Below, piece after piece: positions 38,219-46,771 of a stretch of 64,000 nucleotides of DNA (its first letter is position 1; every line of letters begins with the position of its first letter). Source of the DNA: an uncultured Acidobacteriota bacterium (lineage in GTDB: Bacteria > Acidobacteriota > Thermoanaerobaculia > UBA5066); the NCBI GenBank assembly GCA_963779415.1, contig CAVZYA010000001.1, positions 1,920,001 through 1,984,000 on the forward strand, in the 5' to 3' direction. Made by a program: the position numbers and the translations under genes. The notes under the pieces were generated by a model, which had not been told where the DNA came from, searched no databases, and saw only the letters and a program-made list of their open reading frames with translations.

Positions 38219-38653
38219 GTGTCCTTTCTGACGGATCAGCCGATCGATCCCGCGGCGCTCCTCGCTTCGGTACGCCGTTCTTCCGACGGCGGGATCGCCA
38301 TGTTCGTCGGCGTCGTCCGGGATCGAAACGACGGGCGGACCGTGACGCGTCTCGAGTACGAGTCGTACGGGCCGATGGCCGAGAAGGAAATGGCGAAGAT
38401 CGCGGGCGAGCTCGAAGCAGCCCACCCGGAAGCGCGTCTCCTGATGCAGCACCGCGTCGGATCTCTTTCGATCGGGGAAGTGGCGGTCGTCGTCGTCGCG
38501 TCGGCGCCACACCGGGGGGAGGCATTCGCCGCCTGCCGGGACGGAATCGAGCGGATCAAGGCCCGGGTTCCGATCTGGAAACGGGAGCATGGTCCCCTCG
38601 GGGCCGCCTGGGTCGACCCGTGTCAGGCTGCGCCCCCGGACGAAACTGATTGA
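38219..38653 (+). CDS. moaE: Molybdopterin synthase catalytic subunit
   Basis: GTG 38219; GGIAMFVGVVR, LEYESYGPMA, HRVG, SAPHR, KARVPIWKRE. Confidence 0.92.
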   Translation: MSFLTDQPIDPAALLASVRRSSDGGIAMFVGVVRDRNDGRTVTRLEYESYGPMAEKEMAKIAGELEAAHPEARLLMQHRVGSLSIGEVAVVVVASAPHRGEAFAACRDGIERIKARVPIWKREHGPLGAAWVDPCQAAPPDETD

Positions 38654-38678
38654 AAAGTCAGGGACTTCCCTCTATAAT
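38650..38678 (+). promoter_or_regulatory. Near-consensus sigma70 promoter for the VOC/histone-tail gene
   Basis: TTGAAA (38650-38655), 17 nt spacer, TATAAT (38673-38678); SD GAGGAG before ATG 38747. Confidence 0.75.
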
Positions 38679-38746
38679 CCCGCGTTCGGTAGACCCCACC
38701 TCCCCTTCGCCGAAAGGGACGAGATTCCAGGCGAGGAGAAGCGTTT

Positions 38747-39352
38747 ATGTTCTTGGCACTGAGGCGGATCCAGGTTTTCGCCAGCGATTTCCCACGCTCG
38801 CGCCGGTTTTACGGTGAAACGATGGGGCTGCCGGAGACTGCCGGTTTCGAGAATGACTGGGTCGAGTTCGGCCTCGGGCCGATCCTTCTCAAGCTGACGC
38901 CGCTCCGGCCGGGGGAAGTATCGTCCCGCAACCAGGTGGCCGGCGTCTTCTCGACGGCGAACCTCGACGCCACGCTCACGACCCTCAAGGAAAAAGGGGT
39001 GACGGTCACGCGCCCCCCGGCCGACGAGTTCACGGGGCGCTCGGCGGAGATTCTCGACCCCGACGGTTACCGGATCATCGTCTTCCAGCCCTCGGATCTT
39101 CACCCGGACGAGGAGTGGGTCCCGACCTCGAAGGTGGACGAGATGGTCCGCCACAGGCTCGCGGTGCGTCGCCAGCGCGAGAAGTCGAAAGGCTCGCGAA
39201 AGAGCGCTCCGAAAAAGAAGGCGTCGCCGAAAAAACCGGCGCCGAAGAAGCGCGCCAAGAAGAAGGCGGCCCCGAAGAGAGCTGCCCCCAAGAAAAAGGC
39301 CCGCTCTCCGGTCCGAAAGGCGGCGAAGAAAAAGACCGGCAGGAAGCGCTGA
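38747..39352 (+). CDS. VOC/glyoxalase domain protein with Lys/Ala/Pro-rich histone-H1-like tail
   Basis: RSRRFYGETMGL...ILDPDGYRI VOC motifs; last ~55 aa KSAPKKKASPKKPAPKKRAKKKAAPKRAAPKKK... Confidence 0.85.
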   Translation: MFLALRRIQVFASDFPRSRRFYGETMGLPETAGFENDWVEFGLGPILLKLTPLRPGEVSSRNQVAGVFSTANLDATLTTLKEKGVTVTRPPADEFTGRSAEILDPDGYRIIVFQPSDLHPDEEWVPTSKVDEMVRHRLAVRRQREKSKGSRKSAPKKKASPKKPAPKKRAKKKAAPKRAAPKKKARSPVRKAAKKKTGRKR

Positions 39353-39407
39353 GGGTGTTAGCCGGATTCTCCTAGCGACACTTCCAAGGGAACGAAGGAG
39401 AGTCACG

Positions 39408-40520
39408 ATGCCCCTCGAACTTCAGATGAACGCCCGCCAAGAGCAGCCTGCCATCGTACGAGCCCGGTTCCTTCCTCTTTCCTTCGCCGGCGTCGTGGCT
39501 CTCCTTCTCCTTGCCCTCGCCGCGCCGCCGCTCGCCGCGCAGCCATCCCTCGGCCCGACGATGCCGGGTTTCCTGGGGCCTCCGGTCAAGGCTCCCTCCG
39601 TTGAAGGCTTCGTCACGTCGGTCGACGGGAACGTCCTGACCCTTCTCGGAACCGCTCTCCTCCGCGTCGACATTACGGGCGCGACGATCATCTCGGCGGA
39701 TACCGCCGGAGGCACGCCACCTCCGATCGCCCCCGGAGCCTACGTCGTGGCCATCGTGCAGCTTTCCGATCTCCCCCCTTCCATGAGCCTCGTCCCGGCT
39801 CCCTTCAAGGCGAGTTCGGTGTCCGTCCGTCCCGCCACCACGGCCATCCTCGACGGAACAATCGAGGGCGTGGACTCGAACAGCTTCTCCCTTCTCTACC
39901 GGACGGTTCTCGTCGACGAGAACACCGTCTTCTCCGGCTACGGCTCCGGCGGCGCGGTTCATGGCCTCTCCGACCTGAAGACCGGGATGCAGGCGACGGC
40001 GTGGGTCGTCGTGTCGAGCGACGGCCTCCTGGCGAAGAAGGTCGTGGCTTACGGCTCGTTCGTCGTGCCGAAGCCGGTGTCGTTCCGCGGCGTCGTGAAG
40101 TCGATCGCCTCGGACACCTGGAAGATCGACGACAAGACGGTCGGAGTGACCCCGGAGACGAAGGTCATCGGCGCCCCGAACGTCGGCGACACCGTCGACG
40201 TCCTCGCTTACGACACCTCCGGGACCCTGACCGCCCTGATGATCTCGAAGGTCGCTCCGGTTCCGATACCGGTTCCGGGCCGCACGTTCACGTTCGACGG
40301 CACGGTCCAGTGGATGCCGACAACCGGTACGATCGGCCTCTGGAAGATCGGGGACCGGACCGTGATCGTCACCGGCCTCACGACCATCAGCGGGAACCCG
40401 GTCGTGGGGAGCCTCGTGACGGTGACGGGATACGCGACGCCGTCTCCCCTGGCGCCCGGTCAGGCCTTCACCCCTGCCTCGGTCCCGATCGTCGCCACGA
40501 GCATCGTCACGACGTCCTGA
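39408..40520 (+). CDS. Exported DUF5666 repeat protein
   Basis: Signal peptide, then four repeats of G-V/I-xxV/I-xx...V-V-xxT (EGFVTSVDGN, DGTIEGVDSN, RGVVKSIASD, DGTVQWM). Confidence 0.75.
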   Translation: MPLELQMNARQEQPAIVRARFLPLSFAGVVALLLLALAAPPLAAQPSLGPTMPGFLGPPVKAPSVEGFVTSVDGNVLTLLGTALLRVDITGATIISADTAGGTPPPIAPGAYVVAIVQLSDLPPSMSLVPAPFKASSVSVRPATTAILDGTIEGVDSNSFSLLYRTVLVDENTVFSGYGSGGAVHGLSDLKTGMQATAWVVVSSDGLLAKKVVAYGSFVVPKPVSFRGVVKSIASDTWKIDDKTVGVTPETKVIGAPNVGDTVDVLAYDTSGTLTALMISKVAPVPIPVPGRTFTFDGTVQWMPTTGTIGLWKIGDRTVIVTGLTTISGNPVVGSLVTVTGYATPSPLAPGQAFTPASVPIVATSIVTTS

Positions 40521-40607
40521 CGGCCCCCCGGATTTCCGGCTCCTCTCCCGCTCTTCTCGCGCGGACCCTCGCCGGTCCGCGCGAGACGTTTGCGCTAACC
40601 TCGGCGC

Positions 40608-41795
40608 ATGGACACGACGCTCGTCGACTGGTGCGCCTCCGAGGTCGCCTCCCTCCGTGCCGCCGGCACCTACAAGAAGGAACGGATACTCGAAAGTCCG
40701 ACGGGGGCCCGCATCCGCGTCGACGGGCGCGACGTTCTGATGCTCACGTCCAACAACTACCTCGGCTTTGCGAATCACCCCCGCATCGTCGAGGCGGCGC
40801 GGAACGCCGTGAGCCGGTGGGGAAACGGCCTCGGCTCGGTCCGCTTCATCTGCGGGACGCAGCAGCTCCACAAGGAGCTGGAGGCGACGATCTCCCGATT
40901 CTTCGGGACGGACGACACGATCCTCTACATGTCGTGCTGGAACGCGAACGAGGGGCTCTTCCAGCCGCTCCTCCTGGAAGAGGACGCCATCCTGACCGAC
41001 GCCTTGAACCACGCTTCCATCATCGACGGCATCCGGCTCTGCAAGGCGAAGCGCTTCGTCGTCCCGCACGGCGACCTCGCCGCTTTCGAGAAGGCGCTCG
41101 CCGACGCTCAGGGCTGCCGACGGCGCCTTCTGATAACGGACGGCGTCTTCTCGATGGAAGGGGAGACCGGGCCGCTCCGTCAGCTCGCCGACCTCTGCGA
41201 CCGGTACGCCACGACGCTCGTCGTCGACGACTCGCATGCGACCGGAGTCCTCGGGGCGACCGGGCGCGGGACGGCCGAGCACCTCGGCGTCGTGGACCGC
41301 ATTTCGATCCACACCTCGACGCTCGGCAAGGCGATGGGCTCGGCGGCGGGCGGGTTCGTCACCGGCCCGGGTCCCGTCGTCGAGCTCCTCCGCCAGCGCT
41401 CCCGGACGACGCTTTTCTCGAACTCGCTCCCGCCCGCCGTCGCGGGCTCGTCGCTCGAGGCGTTCCGGATGCTGATGGAGGACCCGTCGCCCGTCCGGAA
41501 GCTCCAGGCCAACGCCGCCACCTTCCGGTCGCGGATGAAGGCGGCGGGCTTCACGATCCCCGAGGGAATTCACCCGATCGTCCCCGTCATCGTGGGCGAC
41601 ACCGCAAAGGCGCTCGCCATGTCCGATGCCCTCTTCTCGAGAGGGGTCTACGTCTCGGGGTTCGGCTTCCCGGTCGTCCCCCAGGGGCACGCGCGGCTTC
41701 GATGCCAGATTTCGGCGGTCCACACCGACGTCGATCTCGACGAGGCCGTGGAGGCCTTCAAGGTCGTCGGGCGCGAATTCGGCGTGATCCGTTAG
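40608..41795 (+). CDS. kbl: Glycine C-acetyltransferase (2-amino-3-ketobutyrate CoA ligase)
   Basis: SNNYLG, SVRFICGTQ, LNHASIIDGIRLCKA, TDGVFSMEG, DDSHATG, TLGKAMG, LRQRSR, FPVVP. Confidence 0.92.
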   Translation: MDTTLVDWCASEVASLRAAGTYKKERILESPTGARIRVDGRDVLMLTSNNYLGFANHPRIVEAARNAVSRWGNGLGSVRFICGTQQLHKELEATISRFFGTDDTILYMSCWNANEGLFQPLLLEEDAILTDALNHASIIDGIRLCKAKRFVVPHGDLAAFEKALADAQGCRRRLLITDGVFSMEGETGPLRQLADLCDRYATTLVVDDSHATGVLGATGRGTAEHLGVVDRISIHTSTLGKAMGSAAGGFVTGPGPVVELLRQRSRTTLFSNSLPPAVAGSSLEAFRMLMEDPSPVRKLQANAATFRSRMKAAGFTIPEGIHPIVPVIVGDTAKALAMSDALFSRGVYVSGFGFPVVPQGHARLRCQISAVHTDVDLDEAVEAFKVVGREFGVIR

Positions 41796-41802
41796 CCGGC
41801 GT

Positions 41803-43326
41803 TCAGGGGCCGAGGGCGTCGCGGAGACGCCGGGCGTCGGGATCGCCGGGACCGAGCCGGATCGCCTCGGCCAGGAAGAGCCTGGCTTTCTCCGGGCGTC
41901 CGCGAAGCGCCCACCCCCAGGCGCTCCGGACGAGAAGCCGCGGGAGGAACGGGCTCACGGGTGGAAGCCCGAAGGCGCACCGGACGACGAGCGGCGAGAG
42001 GAACTCTTCCGGGGACGGCGGCTTCGCGCCCTCTTCCGCGCCTGCCGCGAGCCACGGAGCCGGGAGCCGCGCCCCGAGCGCTCCGTGAAAGAAGAGCCAC
42101 GGGTGCCCCCAGAGCGGAGTGAGGGCCGCCACGGACGAGACGCGGTCGGAGCCGGGCCCGGGCCACGCCGATTGGGCCGGGGCCCGGAGGCGCTCCGCGT
42201 AGGAGACGAACTCCCCCGCGGAGACGACGACGCCGGAGACGTTGAGAAGGGCGCCCAGAAGGACGAAGGGGACGACGCGGCGCGCGGATTCGAGAACGGC
42301 CGGAGCCACGAGGAGCGGCAGCACCGGAAGGAGGAGCCGCGGCCCCCATGAGGATCCCCCGTGCCACGCCCACCATCGCGAGACGACGAGAAGATGAATC
42401 GCCGGAACCCCGTAGAGAACGATCCGCGATGCGACCGGGAGCTTTCGCGCCGGAAGGAGCGCCAGGAGCGCGATCGGCGCGAAAAAGAGGATCCCCCGCC
42501 CGGGGAGAAGGGTGAGGCCCAGAAGCCCCTCGAGGAGAGGCGTCGTGAAGGCGAGTGCCTCGCCGCGGTATCCCGCCTCCAGGAGCGATCCCTCCCGGAC
42601 GAGATTGACGGCGCCGGCGAGCGCGAGCGCGGCCACAAGCGCCGCGACGAACCCCGTCGCGAGCCGGCCGCGACGCCCCTCGGGTGCCGGCGTTCGAAGC
42701 GCGCCGAGGAGCCAGACCGGAGCCGTGACCCAGAGGACCGGCTTGAGAAGAAACGCGAGCGAGACGAGGGCTCCCGAAAGGAACCCTTTGCGCCTCCCCG
42801 CCGCGTCCGGTGCGAGGAGAAGCGCCGCGCCGAACGCGAACGCCGCGGCGGCCCACGGCTCGACGAAGGAGTCGGCCGCGTAGGGCCAGAGGAACGTCCC
42901 GGCGACGAGGGCGGGCGCCCACCAGAGCGACGCTCCCGGCCGGAGAGCACGCGCGAGGCGGGCGAAGCCGAGCGCCGCGAGAGCCACGCCCGCCGTCCAC
43001 GTCAGGGAGACCGCGGCGTCGAGACCCCGCCCGCCGATCGCCCCGCGCAACGGCCACGCGGCCGCCACGAACGGAAGCGGCACGAGCGACGGGAAGAGCC
43101 CGTACTTCGAGTGGACGGCCGAGAGTTCCCGCGCGCTCGGTACCGCCTCGCCCGGCTGCGGAATCGTCGCCGCCTCGAAGCGGCCCGTCACGACGAAGCC
43201 GAGCGTCTCGGAGAGGACCCACGATCCGTCGGCCGAGATGACCGCCCGCCCGATGTACGCGGCCGCGAGGAGTGCCGCGAGGGCGGCGAGCGGCGCCGCG
43301 CGCGCCGGCGTCCGGACGCCGGACAC
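41803..43326 (-). CDS. Polytopic membrane protein, GT-C-like
   Basis: GTG 43326; SADG, SKYGLFPSL, LWPYA..FVEP, LKP, GRGILFFAP, WHGGSSWGPRLLLP; C-terminal TPR-like helices. Confidence 0.7.
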   Translation of the reverse strand: MSGVRTPARAAPLAALAALLAAAYIGRAVISADGSWVLSETLGFVVTGRFEAATIPQPGEAVPSARELSAVHSKYGLFPSLVPLPFVAAAWPLRGAIGGRGLDAAVSLTWTAGVALAALGFARLARALRPGASLWWAPALVAGTFLWPYAADSFVEPWAAAAFAFGAALLLAPDAAGRRKGFLSGALVSLAFLLKPVLWVTAPVWLLGALRTPAPEGRRGRLATGFVAALVAALALAGAVNLVREGSLLEAGYRGEALAFTTPLLEGLLGLTLLPGRGILFFAPIALLALLPARKLPVASRIVLYGVPAIHLLVVSRWWAWHGGSSWGPRLLLPVLPLLVAPAVLESARRVVPFVLLGALLNVSGVVVSAGEFVSYAERLRAPAQSAWPGPGSDRVSSVAALTPLWGHPWLFFHGALGARLPAPWLAAGAEEGAKPPSPEEFLSPLVVRCAFGLPPVSPFLPRLLVRSAWGWALRGRPEKARLFLAEAIRLGPGDPDARRLRDALGP

Positions 43327-43327
43327 C

Positions 43328-43720
43328 CTACGGCGCCAGAGCCACGTGGAAATGGACTTCGACGGAGGGGTACGCGTACCCCTTCGGAAGGGGATCGAAG
43401 GGGGCGGCGGATCGGACCGCCGAGAGCGCCGCGTCGTCCCACGCCTTCGACCCCGATTCCATCGTGACCATCGCCGAGGCGAGCCTTCCGTCCTTCGCGA
43501 TGACGGCCTGGACGACCGTCTTCTTCCCGACAACCGGAAGAGACCAGGGAATCTTCCAGACCTTCGCCACCTTGTCGAAGACCTTCTTCTGGTAGGCCGT
43601 GTCGGTCAGCGTCTTCTGGAAATAGACGTTCAGCGAGGGCTTCCCGGCCGCGAAAAGCGGAGCGGCCGCGGCGACCATGAGGACCGCGAGAACCGCAGCA
43701 ACCGCGAGGGCGCGTCTCAT
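43328..43720 (-). CDS. Stand-alone TonB/TolA C-terminal domain protein with signal peptide
   Basis: Y...VAKVW..P...VIAKDGRL...ESGSKAWDDAALSAVRSAAPFDPLP. Confidence 0.82.
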   Translation of the reverse strand: MRRALAVAAVLAVLMVAAAAPLFAAGKPSLNVYFQKTLTDTAYQKKVFDKVAKVWKIPWSLPVVGKKTVVQAVIAKDGRLASAMVTMESGSKAWDDAALSAVRSAAPFDPLPKGYAYPSVEVHFHVALAP

Positions 43721-43785
43721 GGCGCCGAGTCTACGCCCGGCCTCGGGCGCCCGCGTGGAGTGGACTCTTCCGTTAACCTCGCGGA

Positions 43786-45612
43786 ATGCGCCGAATCCTC
43801 ACGACAGCCACGATCGCACTCGCCGCTCTCACCTTTCTTCCGAACGTCTCGCCCGCCGACGAGCCTCGGGTCCCGATCCCGCCCGACCACTACACGAAGG
43901 CCGAGCTGCACGCCTTCCGGTCGATCGCGACGTACGACGAGGTGATCGCGTTCTGCGGGCGTCTCGCGAAGACTTCTCCCTCGCTGAAGCTCGACTTCTA
44001 CGGCACGAGCGGCCAGGGTCGGAGGATGCCGGTCGTCTTCGTCTCGAAGGAGAAGGAGTTCTCGCCGAACGAGCGTGCAAAGAGCGGCAAGCCGTGGGTC
44101 CTTCTTCTCGGCTCCATCCACGGCGGAGAGGTGGACGGCACCGAGGCGATCCTGGAGCTTCTGCGCGACATCGCCCTGACAAACCGCCCGGAGATCCTCG
44201 ACTCGGTCAATCTGATCGCGATCCCCGTCTACAACGTCGACGGCTACGCGCGCGTCTCGCGCTGGAACCGGCCGAATCAGGACGGCCCCGTGGAGGGGAT
44301 GGGCTTCCGGACGAACGCGCAGGGCCTCGATCTGAACCGCGACTTCGTCAAAGCCGACGCGCCGGAGACCCGCGCGCTCCTCGCCCTTGCCGCGGCGTGG
44401 TCTCCCGATCTCTTCGTCGACAACCACGTGACGGACGGCGCCGACTTCCAGGCCACCCTGACCGTCGCGTACGGACACGAGCCCGTGACCCCCGCCCCGC
44501 TCCGCGACTGGCTGAAGACCGTCGTCCCGAAGGCTCTCGCCGGGGTCGAGAGCTGGGGTTACCTGACCTCCCCCTACGTCGAGTTCGCCGATCCGCACGA
44601 CCCGCTCGCCGGGATCGCGCCCGATCCGTTCGGCCCGCGATTCGCGACCGGCTACTTCGGCCTCCGCGGCGTGCCGTCGATCCTCGTCGAGAACCACGCC
44701 ATCAAGCCGTTCGGCGAACGCGTGAAGGCGAACCTCCGCTTCCTCACCGCCCTTCTCGAGTGGACGGGAAGGGACGGAAAGGCGCTCCTCGCGGCACGGG
44801 AGAGGGCGAAGCGCGAGGCACGCCGTGCCGCCGTCGGGTCGAGCGTCGTCATCGAGGCGGCGACCGACCGGGAGAGACCGGAACCCGTCGAGTTCGCCAC
44901 GTACGTCTGGCGCGACGAGGTCTCCCCCGTCACCGGAAAGCCCGTCACGCGGTACGACCGGTCGCAGAAGGTGACGGTGCCTCTTCCCGTCTTCACGCAC
45001 GCGAAGCCCGTGAAGAGCGTTCCGCGCCCTGCCGCGTACCTGATCCCGGCCGGATGGCCGAATCTGGAGGAATGTCTGCGCGCGCACGGGATCCGGACCG
45101 TCACTCTCGAAAAGCCGATGACGCTCGAGGTCGGGACCTACCGCGCGTCGAATCCGCAGCCGGCGCCGCGGACGTTTCAGGGGCGGACGCGGATCGCCGC
45201 CACGATCGACCGGAAGAGCGAGACCCGAGAGATCCCCGCCGGCTCGCTCTACGTCCCGCTCGACGGGGAGCTTTCGCCCCTGATCGTCTGGATGCTCGAG
45301 CCCGAGGGGGGCGAGTCGCTCTTCTCGTGGGGCGAGATGTCGGGGGCGCTCGAACAGAAGGAGTGGATCGACCTCCGGACCCTCGACCCGATCGCCGGGG
45401 AGATGCTGAAGAAGGATCCGAAGCTCCGGGCCGAGTGGGAGGAGAGGCTGAAGGACCCGAAGTTCGCGGAGAACACCCGGGCCCGGATCGAGTTCTTCTA
45501 CCGGCGGACTCCTTACTGGGACGACACGGTCGGGCTCCTCCCGGTCTACCGGCTGGAGAAGCCGCTCCCGGGCCTCACCCCCGCCGCGGCTTCGGCCGGC
45601 GGACGAGAATGA
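43786..45612 (+). CDS. M14 family zinc carboxypeptidase, secreted
   Basis: IHGGEVDG, YNVDG, DLNRDF, DNHVTDG; signal peptide. Confidence 0.9.
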   Translation: MRRILTTATIALAALTFLPNVSPADEPRVPIPPDHYTKAELHAFRSIATYDEVIAFCGRLAKTSPSLKLDFYGTSGQGRRMPVVFVSKEKEFSPNERAKSGKPWVLLLGSIHGGEVDGTEAILELLRDIALTNRPEILDSVNLIAIPVYNVDGYARVSRWNRPNQDGPVEGMGFRTNAQGLDLNRDFVKADAPETRALLALAAAWSPDLFVDNHVTDGADFQATLTVAYGHEPVTPAPLRDWLKTVVPKALAGVESWGYLTSPYVEFADPHDPLAGIAPDPFGPRFATGYFGLRGVPSILVENHAIKPFGERVKANLRFLTALLEWTGRDGKALLAARERAKREARRAAVGSSVVIEAATDRERPEPVEFATYVWRDEVSPVTGKPVTRYDRSQKVTVPLPVFTHAKPVKSVPRPAAYLIPAGWPNLEECLRAHGIRTVTLEKPMTLEVGTYRASNPQPAPRTFQGRTRIAATIDRKSETREIPAGSLYVPLDGELSPLIVWMLEPEGGESLFSWGEMSGALEQKEWIDLRTLDPIAGEMLKKDPKLRAEWEERLKDPKFAENTRARIEFFYRRTPYWDDTVGLLPVYRLEKPLPGLTPAAASAGGRE

Positions 45613-46117
45613 GGCGGGCCGGGCGCCCGGCCCGCTCGCAGGTGGCGCAGAGGCGCGCGCGGCCGAAGGGGCTCCGCCGCGTCCACTCGTGCCCGCAGCC
45701 CGGACAGCGGTAGGCGTACCGCGCGTTCGCCGCGCGAACCGCGTGGAGACGGTCGGTTTCGGGAGCGGCCTTCCGTCTCACGCCGAGCCGGCGGGCCACC
45801 TGCCAGAAGCGGCCCGAGTGCCCTTCCTCCGGGCCCCATCGATCGTGGCAGATGGCGTGCGCGGCTTCGTGCAGAAGCGTCTGGAGGCGGTCCTCCTTCG
45901 ACATGTGGCTCGAGATCCGGATCACATGTGGCGGGCCGTACGTGATCACGCCCCCGGTGGAGCGGCGTGCCGAGAGAACGACGCGCGCCGGCGGCAGGCC
46001 GAACGCCTCCGCGAGGTCGTCGTATTTCCGCTGGAGGGCGCGCTCCTCGGAGCGGAGAAGCTCGTTCGGCACCGGCACCGCGTCGAAAAGCTCGAGTTGA
46101 ACGGCCGGCCCCTTCAT
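45575..46117 (-). CDS. SprT-like zinc metalloprotease with C-terminal zinc ribbon
   Basis: ATG 46117 (ATGA overlap); TLLHEAAH, GHSGRFW, YRCPGC...CATC; N-terminal QLELF. Confidence 0.85.
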   Translation of the reverse strand: MKGPAVQLELFDAVPVPNELLRSEERALQRKYDDLAEAFGLPPARVVLSARRSTGGVITYGPPHVIRISSHMSKEDRLQTLLHEAAHAICHDRWGPEEGHSGRFWQVARRLGVRRKAAPETDRLHAVRAANARYAYRCPGCGHEWTRRSPFGRARLCATCERAGRPARLILVRRPKPRRG

Positions 46118-46695
46118 CCGAGCAGCTCCTCGCGCCAGGGAGCGAGCGGGCGCGCGAGGACGAAGACGAGAACGAGGGGCGCCGTCCATGCCGCGGCCAC
46201 CTCCATCATCGGAACGACCCCCCCCACGAAGGTGATCGCGAGGCCGAACCGCGAGATCCAGAGGAGACCGTAAGCGAGAGCCCCGGGAACCGCGCTCCCG
46301 GAAGCGAGAGCCAGAAGGCAGAGGGCGAGGCCGAGTCCCGCCTCGACGAGGAACGCGTGCCCGGCGACGACGCCGAGAGGCGCCGAGCCGCGCGGCAGAA
46401 ATTCGAGCCGGAGGTATGCCGGGAGAATCGCCCCCAGGAGAGCCAGGATGGGCGCCGCCGCGCCCACGGCAAGCCGCCTTCCAAACGCTCCGTAGAGCGC
46501 GCCACGGACGACGGCCTCGTAGAGAAGCGCCGCCGCGAGGCAGGCGGGCACGACGAGAAGGAGCGACGGGCCGCGCCCGGAGAGTCCCAGCGTCGCGTAG
46601 TGAAGGAGCCGCGCTACCGGAATGAAGGAGAGCGCGACGAGAAGGAACACCCCGGACGCCGCCGCCGCGAATCCCCGCCCCATTCCGGGTTGCAT
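46114..46695 (-). CDS. Membrane protein resembling a degenerate CPBP/Abi intramembrane protease
   Basis: About 6 TM; LLYEAVVRGALYG resembles the EExxxRG motif; SGSAVPGALAYG lacks the usual His. Confidence 0.55.
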   Translation of the reverse strand: MQPGMGRGFAAAASGVFLLVALSFIPVARLLHYATLGLSGRGPSLLLVVPACLAAALLYEAVVRGALYGAFGRRLAVGAAAPILALLGAILPAYLRLEFLPRGSAPLGVVAGHAFLVEAGLGLALCLLALASGSAVPGALAYGLLWISRFGLAITFVGGVVPMMEVAAAWTAPLVLVFVLARPLAPWREELLG

Positions 46696-46771
46696 GGTCG
46701 AATGGTAGCGCAGCCACTGAGCAGATCGCACCGTTGACCCCGGACGCTCCCCGCGAAAGACTCCGCGCGCC

